Shown here piece after piece: positions 36,951 to 46,802 of a stretch of 64,000 nt of DNA. Below the pieces are notes generated by a model. That model had not been told where the DNA came from and ran no database searches. It worked only from the letters and a program-made list of their open reading frames with translations. The stretch comes from an uncultured virus (IMG/VR IMGVR_UViG_3300032293_002036) (taxonomy: Duplodnaviria > Heunggongvirae > Uroviricota > Caudoviricetes). The stretch lies in the IMG/VR virus record IMGVR_UViG_3300032293_002036; one strand, given 5' to 3'. Within the stretch, counting starts at the first letter, position 1; every line of letters begins with the position of its first letter. Both the position numbers and the translations under genes were made by a program.

Positions 36951-38095
36951 CAGCTTCGGACCACATTGGCGCCAGGGAATCCACCGAATGGTAACGATTC
37001 TTCTGGGAAACGAAGTGCGCAGCTTGATACTCTCTTGCCGCAAACGTCAGAAAAAAGCAAAGGGTCGTTTGGAGGTAAAGCTGCAACAGTAGCAGCCAAG
37101 GCCGACTCTGCATTCGCAAGATTCGTTTGCGCAGTCGCGTAAGCAGCCTCTGCCGCAGCCAGCGCATTTGTTGCGTCAGTACAGGCGCTTGCATTAAAAC
37201 CCCAGCGTTCAATTTCATAAAAAAGACTAAGCCCAGATTTAATTGTTCGACCTTGCCTAAATTCAAGACCAAGGGATACCTTGGCCCCGTTAAAATAAGC
37301 GACAAAAGCTTCAGAGGAGCCAATAGCAAACTTAATTGTATAATTCCGGAGCGGAAAAAAACTAAATTTTCTTTCTAGGAGAGTGTATGGCTGACAAGCG
37401 GCCTCTTTCGCGCCAATTGCTTGATTTTTTGCATTCAAAGCGCTCCGAAATTCCGCTTTCCTTTGCTCCTTGAATCTCCAAGCGTCGATAACTGCAATTG
37501 CTTGAGCCGTTTGACCTGCCGTGTTAATTACCTCATCTCTTGAATTAAAAACAGGAGCACCTGTGTAACTGCACTCACTGCTCCTATATTTCCAGAGACA
37601 AAGATTTTGCGTAATCACTCGACGAGGAAGCTTGACACCTTCTAAATCAAGGATGCTACTTAGCTGCCAAGTGATGGAAATGATGCTCTCCTGCGTCTTC
37701 CTTTCAATGTAAAAGATGTCTATGGGGAATTCCTGGAGCGGATCAGCCTCAGGACCACCGTCTAGATACTTCTTCAAAGTGCGACGCCTTGTCACCTTTG
37801 CACCAACTAGGTCATCGTACAGGGAGGCGATACCAGTGAAGGCATTAGATATGTTTGAAAGAGTTAAAGTTGGCTGTGCAATTTGACCGTTGGTATTTCT
37901 GTCGTAACCAGCGGAAAGAATTGGAAGAGGCTCGTAAACGTTCCCCTTCCATTGCACTTTTGTTCCGTCTTCGTTTAGTTCGTTTACGAAATAAAAAATA
38001 TCAGCAGGATCATTCGTGATAGGCGAAAGATCTATGTCAAACATTTCAATGATGGCGTCATGCCACCCTTGTTGCACATCAGCTTCTAGTGTCAT
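36950..38095 (-). CDS. minor tail protein L with internal insertion
   Basis: 'DDLVGAKVTRRRTLKKYLD', 'CLWKYRSSECSYTG', 'DVCGKRVSSCALRF...LPFGGFPG'. Confidence 0.9.
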   Translation of the reverse strand: MTLEADVQQGWHDAIIEMFDIDLSPITNDPADIFYFVNELNEDGTKVQWKGNVYEPLPILSAGYDRNTNGQIAQPTLTLSNISNAFTGIASLYDDLVGAKVTRRRTLKKYLDGGPEADPLQEFPIDIFYIERKTQESIISITWQLSSILDLEGVKLPRRVITQNLCLWKYRSSECSYTGAPVFNSRDEVINTAGQTAQAIAVIDAWRFKEQRKAEFRSALNAKNQAIGAKEAACQPYTLLERKFSFFPLRNYTIKFAIGSSEAFVAYFNGAKVSLGLEFRQGRTIKSGLSLFYEIERWGFNASACTDATNALAAAEAAYATAQTNLANAESALAATVAALPPNDPLLFSDVCGKRVSSCALRFPEESLPFGGFPGANVVRS

Positions 38096-38432
38096 AAATC
38101 CTCCTTACGGTAAAGCTAAAGACGTTGCTGTTTGGTCCGACCGTGCGCCATTGCCAAGCGTTGGGCTCCAGTCGGTATTTGAACAAGCCACTGTCCATGA
38201 AGAACTGACTATAGAAGAAGTCTCCGTTCAAGGAAGCTAGTTGAGCGTCCAAGGCAATGGCCGCTTCGTCAGAAATGGGAGCAGTATCAATGATGTACTC
38301 CCTGATGTCGGTATTGAGGCCATCAGGGCTCACCTGCTCGTATCCATCGCCAAACCTTGCCTTGATGGTGCGATTGCCACGTCGCACCGTCAGGCCGTAT
38401 TCACAAGCGATGGCAAAAGTGGGTTGGGGCAT
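38079..38432 (-). CDS. minor tail protein M
   Basis: 'ARFGDGYEQVSPDGLN'. Confidence 0.85.
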   Translation of the reverse strand: MPQPTFAIACEYGLTVRRGNRTIKARFGDGYEQVSPDGLNTDIREYIIDTAPISDEAAIALDAQLASLNGDFFYSQFFMDSGLFKYRLEPNAWQWRTVGPNSNVFSFTVRRIYDTRS

Positions 38433-38435
38433 GCT

Positions 38436-41400
38436 TTAGTTCCTCCTTGAAAGAAGTCCGCCAGGGCGAAGCTCGCCGGCAATCACTTGCTTCACTGCTC
38501 CTTCAAGCTTGCGCCCGAAGCCTGCAGCATCAGCGCCTCCTCCACTGGAGGACATTTTTCCGTCAGAGCTGACATTCACCACGATGTTGCTTGTAATGTT
38601 GCCTCCCATGGCCCCTCCGAGGTCCACAGGAACGCTTTTGCCATCAGGAAGAGGAATGACTGCCTCATTGTAACGACCCTCGCCTACAAGGCCTAGCGTG
38701 GGGCCTGTGACGATGCCTCCATTTGCAAAGGCTTGGAAGCCACCAGAAAGAACGCCTCCGTTTGCCATGGGGAGTAGAGGTGCATATTGATTCAGATTGG
38801 AAGCGCTGCTTCCCAGTCCCGCGCCCGCTCCCGGAAACAGGCTCATGAAGCCCTTGAGGACTTGCGCCTTTAGCCATTCCGCAATCATTTGAGCCATCAT
38901 GTCAGCAAAGCTGTCGGCAATGCTTTGAAACATTCCAGCAAGAGCCTCTTGTGCCGAAGACGTGCCGGAGACGACTCCCTTGAAAGCTTCTCCAAAAGCG
39001 TCGCCAATGGAAGACGCAATACCCTGAAGGTCCTGTTTGGTCTTTTCAGCTAGTTCGCGAGTTTTTTCGAGGCTGAAACGAGCATCTAAAGCTGCTCCTT
39101 CATATCCTTCTTGCACTAATTTTTGTCGCAATTCAGCATCAGGAGTGAGAGCCCTGGCCATGTCAATTGCCTGAGACAGTTCCCTCATTTTTTTCTCTCG
39201 CTCGACCTCCTTGTTAAGCAAGGCTTGTTGTTCAAAGATTTGTCGAAGAGACGTTATTTTTGCCTCTAGCATTTTTACTTCGTCTTCAGTCTTTTCGACG
39301 ATAAGATCTTGCACTTGCAGGTAAGCCTGTTGATCCGGAGTTAGCTCTCCTATGCCATTTTTTAGGTTTTCGAGCAGCATCCGCTGTTCAGCCATCGCCG
39401 CGCTCGTGCGCTGCAGTGCATCATCAAAAGGCCCCTCTAGCTCCCTTTTTGCGCCTTCAACAGCTACCGTGTATTTATCTTGGGCAATGTTTAGTTCATT
39501 TTGATATGCAATTTGCGCATCCGTTAACTTCAACTGCTTGTCTTGCGTGGACAAGTTGTCCCTGTTGATTTCAAGCTTGGAAATGCGCAGTTGTTCTGCA
39601 AGTTCAAGCTTTTTAGTGTCCAGCTCAAGTTCTGCAACTGCTATATCAAACTGAGTCTGAGAAATAAGCTTTTGCTGCAGTCTTCGATCCAAAGCTAGTT
39701 TTTCTTGTTCTGCATTTTGCCTGATGAAATCAAGACGACTACGATCGTAAGTGTCAAGTTTTGCGCCAGCCTTTTCCTTGCCTCCTGCGCCACCAGCGCC
39801 TGCTGGCATCGCTTCGATGGGAAGGACAGGTTTTGCTTTTGCAGCGGAGGGCATGGGCATATTCAAAACACCCTGGGCGTCCTGAATGCGCTGCTCTAGT
39901 GTCGCCTGCCTCGTCCCATAGAGACTCCCCACTCCTGCAGGTAAACCTGCTCTGATTGCTTTAATCTGCTCCAGTTCTTTTCTGGCCGCAGACAGAGTGC
40001 CTCCTGCAACCTTCTTGCTTTCTTTGACTGTCTCAGGACTGGCTCCAATCAGGGATGCCGCTGTTCCCCCTTTTGCTCGTATTCCACGGATGGCGTCAAT
40101 CTCTTGCCGAGCCTTTACGAGGGCCTCTAGACCGTAGATTGCAATCGAAATACCGACCACAATAGAGCCCAGTCGGGCGATGCCCAGCAGGGCTCCGCGA
40201 AGTGCGCTCACCGGCCCAATTGCGGATCCAGCCCCCCGCGCAAGCAGCGCCATCTGTAGTTGAGTTCCAGCCAGCGTCGATGTGGCCACAGCGCTTGTTC
40301 TTTGCAGAGCAAAAACCGCTGCATTCATCGCGATAAAGCGAGAAATGGAAAGGTTAATACTCGCAATTAAGCCAACCAAAGCCCTTCCTCCGAGCAGTGT
40401 AAAAGCACCGTTGACTAGCAGCACATTTGCATATACTTTTAGCAGGAAACCAGCGACAGGATTGCCAGCAAGAACAGTGAAAGCTTTCGCCGCTCCAAGT
40501 AGGACATCTCCAAGTAACTTAAAGGTGGGAAGTAATTGCTTGAGGTTTTCCAGGATTCCATCAAAAGAAGGCTTAAGTTCTTTGAGTTGAGAAGCCAAGG
40601 CATTCCCGCCTGCGGTCTTGGCCTGCGTGTTTGCAAAAAAAGCATTAAAGCCATCAGTGATGGTTTTGATTCCATTGGTCAATGGAACAACCACGCTGTT
40701 CAAGAAACCTACTGCTACAGGTTCAAAGGCTTCATAGAGAAGTCTTGTTGAATTTTGCATTCGATTGATAACGCCCTGGAAGGTACGAGCCGCCCCCTCT
40801 GCTCCAGGGCCAAATTCTTTTTGCAGTACGCCAGTAACATTCTTTAGCAGCACGCGCATTGCGTCTCCTTTATAAGCACCATCCTCTAGCGCCTTGGAGA
40901 ACTTCTCAATCGCATCCCTACCTTCAAACCCAGCGGCTTCTGCAAAGATTCCCATGGCACCGGGCAACACGTCACCCAATTGGCCCTTCAGCTCTTCGCT
41001 CATCACCTGGCCCTTGCTGGCCATTTGAGCAAAGGCGTAGTTCACGCGATCTACTTTATCTGCGCTCATCCCAAAGGTGGCAGCAGCCTGGCTAACTCCA
41101 GTAAACAATGCGCGGATTTCGTCGCCCTTAAATCCGGCGGGCGCCATTGATGCATACAGTTTTACGAAACCATCTCGCGCCGACTGGAGTGGTACATTGT
41201 AGCGATTGACAATATCAAGTATGAATTGATTGGAGGCCCTGGCTTCTTCGGCGCTGGGGGAAATTTCTTTGAGAGTATTATTGAAACTTTGAAGTGCACT
41301 TACCGCTTGACTTACCTGAGAAGGGAAAGAAGTGAGGAAGGCTAGTGCCTTGTAAGCCGTGCCAAAAAGCAGCACCTGCTTTGTCGCCATCGCAAATTCG

Positions 41401-42899
41401 TCGCCAATCTCGCGGACTACGCCAGCGCCAGGGAGATTGACATTGCTGAGGGCTCTACCAAAGCCCCCAAGCCCACCCGCTCCGGCTCTACTCGAAGGCG
41501 GGCGAGGAGGTACAACTCCTCCTCCTCCTCCAACAGGCACAAGTGCTCCTCCTGCTGCATAAGGAATCATCGCGCTGGTTGGACGCGCCGCTCGGTTTAC
41601 TGATCTATACGGAGAAGGAGTCCGACCGGTCCCTCCTCCCATTGCGTCCATCTCTCGCAAGGCTGAACGCATTCGAGCTTCGCGTTCGCGACGTGCAAAC
41701 AACTCGGCGCGAGTTTCTCCGTCTCTTCCAAGTCGGCCAGTGCTGTAAGGGCTAGGAGTGCGCCCTTCCCCAAATCTTGCGACAGGCGGAAGGTAGCCTG
41801 CAACGGGTGATCCGGTCAGCATTCTTTGCGCAACTTTTCCAAGGTCTTCAACCCTGACTTCGCGAATGGCCGCATTTATTCTTTCGCGAATGCCATCAAT
41901 CAAATCATTAGCCACGTCTCTAATCGCGGCTTTCATTGAAGGCGTCAGAAGATCTCCTGACAACAACTTTTGAGTTGCAAAGGAGGACCCCGGCAGCATT
42001 TCCTGCGATGGGCCAGGGGGAAGAGCCCTGCCGCTACTGGACGGACCCATGAAGGCACGACGCGGCGGAGCCGTGGCCAGCCAGTTTATAGAGGCAGGCA
42101 GTCTTTCTTGCCGGGCCTTCTCAAGCATGGCCGCTGGATCCATTCCCAGCATCCTGAATATGCCACGCGCAATGGTGTCAAGAATTTTCCCTCGTTGGCG
42201 AACTTTGTTTTCCAGGGCATCAAAGGCATTATCCATAGAGGACAATGCACCCTTTTCAAAGCCTTCGCCAACATTTTTGCCAATCTCCTCAAACTCTTTT
42301 GATGGAGAAGCAATGCCAAGCACTCGCTTAACAGTTTTGATCAAATTTTCACCCAGATACTCTGCAGCGGCTTGAACACGCGCATCTTGGCTCGTCAGTC
42401 CATTAAGAAGCCCTGCGACAGCTTCGAGCCCAACCTCTTCCATGGCGGCAACCATGCTCGCCTTGTTTTTCGCAACCTCATTGTTAAAGGCCAGTAATCC
42501 TGCTCTGGCAGATGCGCGATACAGCTTCTCAACATCTTTGGATCCCAGCCCCCCTTGAGTAGGCGTCCTTCCAAGGGTTCCTACGTTGAGCTGCTGACTG
42601 GTACTCGCCCTTGACGCCTCCCTTGACCCTTTTAACTTATCTAACGCAGCAGAAAGTTTTTTTGCGTTGTCAATTTCAGCGGCTAAGTTTGTTTTAACTT
42701 CTAAAAAATAGTTTCGTTTTTTTATATTTGCGGAAAGAGCATTTAGCTCTTTTTGAACAATAGAACGATTGAAGTGGATATTGATAGGAAGTCGATAGCC
42801 GGCAGCGGTTGCCCCTAGCGTCGTCAGTTGCTGGCGAAAGAAAGCCAGGTCCAGGCCCACTTGAAGCTGAATACCTGCTGCCTGCCCCCCGCTTTGCAT
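38436..42899 (-). CDS. tape measure protein
   Basis: 1487 aa; 'LGIASPSK', 'AQMASKGQVMSEELKGQLGD', 'FANGGIVTGPT...GEG...EAVIPL'. Confidence 0.93.
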   Translation of the reverse strand: MQSGGQAAGIQLQVGLDLAFFRQQLTTLGATAAGYRLPINIHFNRSIVQKELNALSANIKKRNYFLEVKTNLAAEIDNAKKLSAALDKLKGSREASRASTSQQLNVGTLGRTPTQGGLGSKDVEKLYRASARAGLLAFNNEVAKNKASMVAAMEEVGLEAVAGLLNGLTSQDARVQAAAEYLGENLIKTVKRVLGIASPSKEFEEIGKNVGEGFEKGALSSMDNAFDALENKVRQRGKILDTIARGIFRMLGMDPAAMLEKARQERLPASINWLATAPPRRAFMGPSSSGRALPPGPSQEMLPGSSFATQKLLSGDLLTPSMKAAIRDVANDLIDGIRERINAAIREVRVEDLGKVAQRMLTGSPVAGYLPPVARFGEGRTPSPYSTGRLGRDGETRAELFARREREARMRSALREMDAMGGGTGRTPSPYRSVNRAARPTSAMIPYAAGGALVPVGGGGGVVPPRPPSSRAGAGGLGGFGRALSNVNLPGAGVVREIGDEFAMATKQVLLFGTAYKALAFLTSFPSQVSQAVSALQSFNNTLKEISPSAEEARASNQFILDIVNRYNVPLQSARDGFVKLYASMAPAGFKGDEIRALFTGVSQAAATFGMSADKVDRVNYAFAQMASKGQVMSEELKGQLGDVLPGAMGIFAEAAGFEGRDAIEKFSKALEDGAYKGDAMRVLLKNVTGVLQKEFGPGAEGAARTFQGVINRMQNSTRLLYEAFEPVAVGFLNSVVVPLTNGIKTITDGFNAFFANTQAKTAGGNALASQLKELKPSFDGILENLKQLLPTFKLLGDVLLGAAKAFTVLAGNPVAGFLLKVYANVLLVNGAFTLLGGRALVGLIASINLSISRFIAMNAAVFALQRTSAVATSTLAGTQLQMALLARGAGSAIGPVSALRGALLGIARLGSIVVGISIAIYGLEALVKARQEIDAIRGIRAKGGTAASLIGASPETVKESKKVAGGTLSAARKELEQIKAIRAGLPAGVGSLYGTRQATLEQRIQDAQGVLNMPMPSAAKAKPVLPIEAMPAGAGGAGGKEKAGAKLDTYDRSRLDFIRQNAEQEKLALDRRLQQKLISQTQFDIAVAELELDTKKLELAEQLRISKLEINRDNLSTQDKQLKLTDAQIAYQNELNIAQDKYTVAVEGAKRELEGPFDDALQRTSAAMAEQRMLLENLKNGIGELTPDQQAYLQVQDLIVEKTEDEVKMLEAKITSLRQIFEQQALLNKEVEREKKMRELSQAIDMARALTPDAELRQKLVQEGYEGAALDARFSLEKTRELAEKTKQDLQGIASSIGDAFGEAFKGVVSGTSSAQEALAGMFQSIADSFADMMAQMIAEWLKAQVLKGFMSLFPGAGAGLGSSASNLNQYAPLLPMANGGVLSGGFQAFANGGIVTGPTLGLVGEGRYNEAVIPLPDGKSVPVDLGGAMGGNITSNIVVNVSSDGKMSSSGGGADAAGFGRKLEGAVKQVIAGELRPGGLLSRRN

Positions 42900-42934
42900 T
42901 GTTCCGTAAACTTTCTATGATACCAATTCTAGGG

Positions 42935-43408
42935 TCATTGTTCTTGATTGCGACTGCTAAACCCCTTGATCTCCTCTGCCAGCAATGCAATTACCCTTCC
43001 GTCCATTAAGCGAGTCTTCATTAAGCGCTGTAGCACTTTCAGGCTCCTATCCGTAACTCCTCTGCTCTTGTCTGACTGCTTGGCATCAAAGGGCAGGAAG
43101 TCTGCTGGCTTGGCCTTCACTTTCTTCCCTCCCATCATTCCTGCAGCCATTGCTCCAAGCTTGGCCACCGCAACACTTTGAATGTTGTACTTATTGATGT
43201 CGTGCTTTTCCAAATACTTCAAGGCCGCCTTTACGTCAGAAACGCGCTGGCGACCAAAATTCCTTCCACTCCATCGGTCATCCTTAAAATCCGACGATGA
43301 CAGTCGGAAGTAAAGATCATTCCATGGGGTGAGAGAATTTAAGAACCTTCTTGCTTGAGCTTCTAGGCGTTCGGCGACTGAGGAGTATTCCTCTTCTGGG
43401 CTTTTTTT
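42935..43408 (-). CDS. tail assembly chaperone, frameshifted (GT) extension
   Basis: The -1 frame is open from slippery A AAA AAA (43402-43408) to 42935: KSPEEEYSSVAERLEAQARRFLNSLTPWNDLY... Confidence 0.75.
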   Translation of the reverse strand, partial: KKSPEEEYSSVAERLEAQARRFLNSLTPWNDLYFRLSSSDFKDDRWSGRNFGRQRVSDVKAALKYLEKHDINKYNIQSVAVAKLGAMAAGMMGGKKVKAKPADFLPFDAKQSDKSRGVTDRSLKVLQRLMKTRLMDGRVIALLAEEIKGFSSRNQEQ

Positions 43409-43914
43409 GCGCCTTCTGCAGCCTCCTTCACTTCGGTTTCTTGCTCTTCAGAGATGAACTCCACCACTTTTGCAATGGCGCGACGTGGAAGAGCTTTCGT
43501 GTCTTCAAGAGCCCAGTCGCCAAGGTCTTGCCATTCGCCATCGACAAGACCTTGTCCGCGAGAGCGAATAAAAGCAGTCACCATTCGAGCATTGGTGCTC
43601 TCCATGGAAGAGCCACTGGTGATCATGCTCAGTGTCTCATCGGTATATTCAGAAAGCAGCTCGGCTTCCGTAATAGATCCACCGCCACCTTGGAGAAGTG
43701 AAAACGATTCGTCAAGGGAAATGCCCTTTGCAGTGGCAATACGCTTAGCCAGTTGTACGGCACGAATTGTTGCCTGACTTTGAAGCTTGCTGATCTCTTC
43801 TTGCTCAATAGCCTCGGCGACCAGCCAGCCACCGTATTTTTTCAGGCGGATATTTGGAAGGAGTTCAAAGAACTCTTCAGTCTTGGTTTCCAGAAGGAAG
43901 CTGTACTTGCTCAT
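43363..43914 (-). CDS. tail assembly chaperone (gpG-like)
   Basis: Position upstream of tape measure with a slippery site near the 3' end. Confidence 0.75.
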   Translation of the reverse strand: MSKYSFLLETKTEEFFELLPNIRLKKYGGWLVAEAIEQEEISKLQSQATIRAVQLAKRIATAKGISLDESFSLLQGGGGSITEAELLSEYTDETLSMITSGSSMESTNARMVTAFIRSRGQGLVDGEWQDLGDWALEDTKALPRRAIAKVVEFISEEQETEVKEAAEGAKKAQKRNTPQSPNA

Positions 43915-44140
43915 GATCAAGGATGTTTAGCATTGCGTTGAAGACCTTAACCCGCTCGTGGTTGGAGCGAAATTCAAGAGGCACCTCAACGAGGAATGAA
44001 TGACTTTCGTTTGAAATTCTAATGGTCGTTTCGCTACAAGACACAAGGCAGAGAATGCCCACCTCAAGGGCGGTCCCTTCAACGGTGCAATCTATGGCAT
44101 GAATTGTTTTGTTGTTGCTCCACAGGTAGTCAATGTTCAT
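43877..44140 (-). CDS. hypothetical protein
   Basis: 87-aa ORF in the tail operon. Confidence 0.55.
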   Translation of the reverse strand: MNIDYLWSNNKTIHAIDCTVEGTALEVGILCLVSCSETTIRISNESHSFLVEVPLEFRSNHERVKVFNAMLNILDHEQVQLPSGNQD

Positions 44141-44142
44141 CG

Positions 44143-44592
44143 CTAAAAGGCAGATGAAATGCGCTTCTTAAGGGAATCACTTAGCTTACTGCTCAAGAAG
44201 AGGCTAGGACTGGTCAATGGATCCGTCCATCGCCTTGCCTCCAGATTGGTACCTACGCCCTCGTGTACATAGTATGCATAGAGGCGCCCAGACGTGTTTG
44301 TTGCATTCCAGTCCCATGAAGCCCTAGGGCCGTTAATGCCGGTATCAAGCGAAAAACTGTCCCTCCCGCTTCTGTAAAGATCGCCAAGGTCAAAAATATC
44401 ACGAGGTCCAGGGCCCGCAGTGTCTCGGTTTTTTCTAAAAGTAACGGCGGGATAAGCCCATTTTTCCATCGTAAATTGATCCCTAAAGTGATCGTTTACG
44501 TCAAAACGAGCCCAGGCTTCAAATGCCTTCTGCAGCTTTCGTTCCCAAAATTCTCCGCCAACAATTTTGGCGCCAACGATAATACCGGTCAT
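44143..44592 (-). CDS. tail completion protein (HK97 gp10-like)
   Basis: 'RDIFDLGDLYRS', 'YAYYVHEG', 'ARRWT'. Confidence 0.7.
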   Translation of the reverse strand: MTGIIVGAKIVGGEFWERKLQKAFEAWARFDVNDHFRDQFTMEKWAYPAVTFRKNRDTAGPGPRDIFDLGDLYRSGRDSFSLDTGINGPRASWDWNATNTSGRLYAYYVHEGVGTNLEARRWTDPLTSPSLFLSSKLSDSLKKRISSAF

Positions 44593-44996
44593 CAGCGATA
44601 CAAGGGACGAATGACCATGTCGGGAATCATGAAGCGACAGCGTTCATAGGCCACATCATCGCCAGGAAAATAACGAGGAGTGCTGTCAGGGAAGCGCCTT
44701 ATGAGACGGTCCATCGCCAAAGGCAAGGTGTTACTACTAGGGGAGTATTGAACCAGGATCAGCTCCCATAACTGATTCACCTTTAGGGCGCACAAAGGAG
44801 ATCGCGGAAGAAGCTCAGGAAACTGTCTCATAGTCACCTCAAGACCCTCCACCTTGAATTCGGAAGGCACTCCTTGCTGTCCCACAACGTAAACAGCGGG
44901 AACGATTGAAGTGTCGGGAAGAGTGTAAGTACCAAGCAGATTGGGACTTGCGCCCAAAAGCGTTGTAACTGTATCTCGTAGTTGCAATGCTTCCAC
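44592..44996 (-). CDS. putative tail terminator
   Basis: Position and size. Confidence 0.55.
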   Translation of the reverse strand: MEALQLRDTVTTLLGASPNLLGTYTLPDTSIVPAVYVVGQQGVPSEFKVEGLEVTMRQFPELLPRSPLCALKVNQLWELILVQYSPSSNTLPLAMDRLIRRFPDSTPRYFPGDDVAYERCRFMIPDMVIRPLYR

Positions 44997-45000
44997 AATA

Positions 45001-45028
45001 AAAAAGCCTCTCGTAAAGAGAGGCTAAC
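45001..45028 (-). terminator. terminator after major tail gene
   Basis: AGCCTCTC-TTTAC-GAGAGGCT-TTTTT on the minus strand. Confidence 0.75.
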
Positions 45029-45049
45029 AGAGACAATGGGGAAAGGCGC

Positions 45050-45622
45050 TCAGTTGGGCGCAGTCGGGATGATGCTGCCAGTTTCAGAGGCATTCTGGTG
45101 AACGCCAATGCGACCACGGCTAATCAGGTCGAAAGTGACTTCCACGAGGTTATCAGCAGGATAGCTCTCGTTGTAGTTCATCACGCGAGAGACAAACGCC
45201 ACTCGGTCGTAGAAGAACGTGGTGCCACTCACGCCCAGTTGCTTGTTGATCTCCACGTACACTTCAGCATTCTTGTCGTAACGCGCAGCCGCGATCACCT
45301 GGAAGGCTTCATCGAAGCTGTTGGGAACGAACACGGTGCCGTCCACATCCTTCTGGAAGTAGGAGGTGATGGCAGCAGTGGCCTGCGAAGTGACGATCAC
45401 GCTGTCAGAGAAGCCACCGCCGCCAAGCAGGTAGAACTCGGTGTTGCCGTCGTTGAAGGCCACAGAGCCCGTGGTGGCCGCTTGGAGGGTGTAGAGAGTG
45501 GGGGCGCCGCTCACGGTGAACGTGCCGCCGCTCTGAGTGATCACAGGGCGAGCACCGGAAATCGAACCAACACGCACAATAACGTCTTGGCTCTTAACCA
45601 GTTCTGTCGGATGGTAGAGCAT
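45050..45622 (-). CDS. major tail (tube) protein
   Basis: Strong codon bias, own terminator, 'NYNESYPADNLVEVTFDLISRG'. Confidence 0.75.
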   Translation of the reverse strand: MLYHPTELVKSQDVIVRVGSISGARPVITQSGGTFTVSGAPTLYTLQAATTGSVAFNDGNTEFYLLGGGGFSDSVIVTSQATAAITSYFQKDVDGTVFVPNSFDEAFQVIAAARYDKNAEVYVEINKQLGVSGTTFFYDRVAFVSRVMNYNESYPADNLVEVTFDLISRGRIGVHQNASETGSIIPTAPN

Positions 45623-45658
45623 TACAAAGTCCTCAATGGGAAAGAAAATGGTTAAGCG

Positions 45659-46048
45659 TCAAACGTTTTGCACGCTTCCTTTGCCAACCAGTCTAAAAAT
45701 TCCTCTGATTGGCGTGCCGAGAAACTGCCAATAGTGCTCGGCAATCTGCTCGTTTGGCAACAGCTCAAACCGCCCTTCCCTCCCATTGATGACTGCAGCA
45801 GCGGAACTCCCAGGGGTAATGCCGGACAGAGCCAGTGGCCCTGTCAATCGGCCCTCCATATAGACGGCTGTGTTATCCGCACCAAGCAGATAGTCATACC
45901 GGGGGTTTCGCTTTTGTCGCAAAGTGGCGTAGTATGTTACGCCGGATGAAATGGCAACATAGTTACCAGTTTCGTTGTCAACGGCATAGCCAGATGCCAC
46001 ACTCCAGACGAGGGAAGCGTTAGCAAGTGGAGAGAGGCCGTTGATCAT
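45659..46048 (-). CDS. head-closure/neck protein
   Basis: Position after the adaptor. Confidence 0.55.
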   Translation of the reverse strand: MINGLSPLANASLVWSVASGYAVDNETGNYVAISSGVTYYATLRQKRNPRYDYLLGADNTAVYMEGRLTGPLALSGITPGSSAAAVINGREGRFELLPNEQIAEHYWQFLGTPIRGIFRLVGKGSVQNV

Positions 46049-46359
46049 GCGACAAAGCCAATGGTGAAAGAACCTGCGACGGTTTCAAGCATTCGTTTGA
46101 ACTCTTGGCCATACTGGGTGGCCTCCAGTCCTTTGCCATAGACCTTGCCTTCAGTGGCGCCAATTTGAACGCCCATCTGTGCAAGCTGAATGGCAATGAT
46201 GTGTGCCGCTAAATGCTTCACTGCTCGATCGGTTTGATCTCCGAACACATCCTCAGATGCGTCAGCAGTGGCTTCCGTGATGGCCCCGCTCACGATTCCC
46301 GATGGGTGGGGAGTGAACTCAGGGAAGCGATCCAGGAAGCTTGCGTAGGTAACGGCCAT
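46045..46359 (-). CDS. head-tail adaptor (DUF4054-like)
   Basis: 'FLDRFPEF', 'HLAAH', 'TQYGQEF'. Confidence 0.8.
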   Translation of the reverse strand: MAVTYASFLDRFPEFTPHPSGIVSGAITEATADASEDVFGDQTDRAVKHLAAHIIAIQLAQMGVQIGATEGKVYGKGLEATQYGQEFKRMLETVAGSFTIGFVA

Positions 46360-46361
46360 GA

Positions 46362-46748
46362 TTAAGCCTTCCCAATTTTGATTGCTTCTTGGCGCTTGGT
46401 GATGGCATTGCGCACCCTGACGCGACCCTCGCTTTTCTTCCACTCGGTGAGCTGGTCAATGTCGTGAATCACTTCAATGACTCGAAAAGCTTCAGTAAGA
46501 GGCATGTTGATAAGCGTCTGAACGTCATGAGGAATGTTTTCCACAGTGAGCTGTTCTTTCACTTCTTCAATGGCTCCGATGTTCATCAACCGTTTAACGG
46601 TCTTGTTCTCTCGGGCTGTTTTCCATTGAAGCTCGGGCACCCCTTGGTTCAGGCCGGGAGCAAGTTGAATCATGCCCCCGTCCGTGATAATGCCAAAACC
46701 ACCTTCACGCGGCGGGTTCTCAAGCTCGGGGCGATAAGCGATTAACAT
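46362..46748 (-). CDS. hypothetical head-associated protein
   Basis: 'IQLAPGLN.GV', 'E.R..VRNAI.KR'; directly after the capsid gene. Confidence 0.65.
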   Translation of the reverse strand: MLIAYRPELENPPREGGFGIITDGGMIQLAPGLNQGVPELQWKTARENKTVKRLMNIGAIEEVKEQLTVENIPHDVQTLINMPLTEAFRVIEVIHDIDQLTEWKKSEGRVRVRNAITKRQEAIKIGKA

Positions 46749-46802
46749 TTGAGTGTTCGTTAGGAACTATGGTAAAGCTTAACGCCCGTTGCTTGATTAC
46801 GC

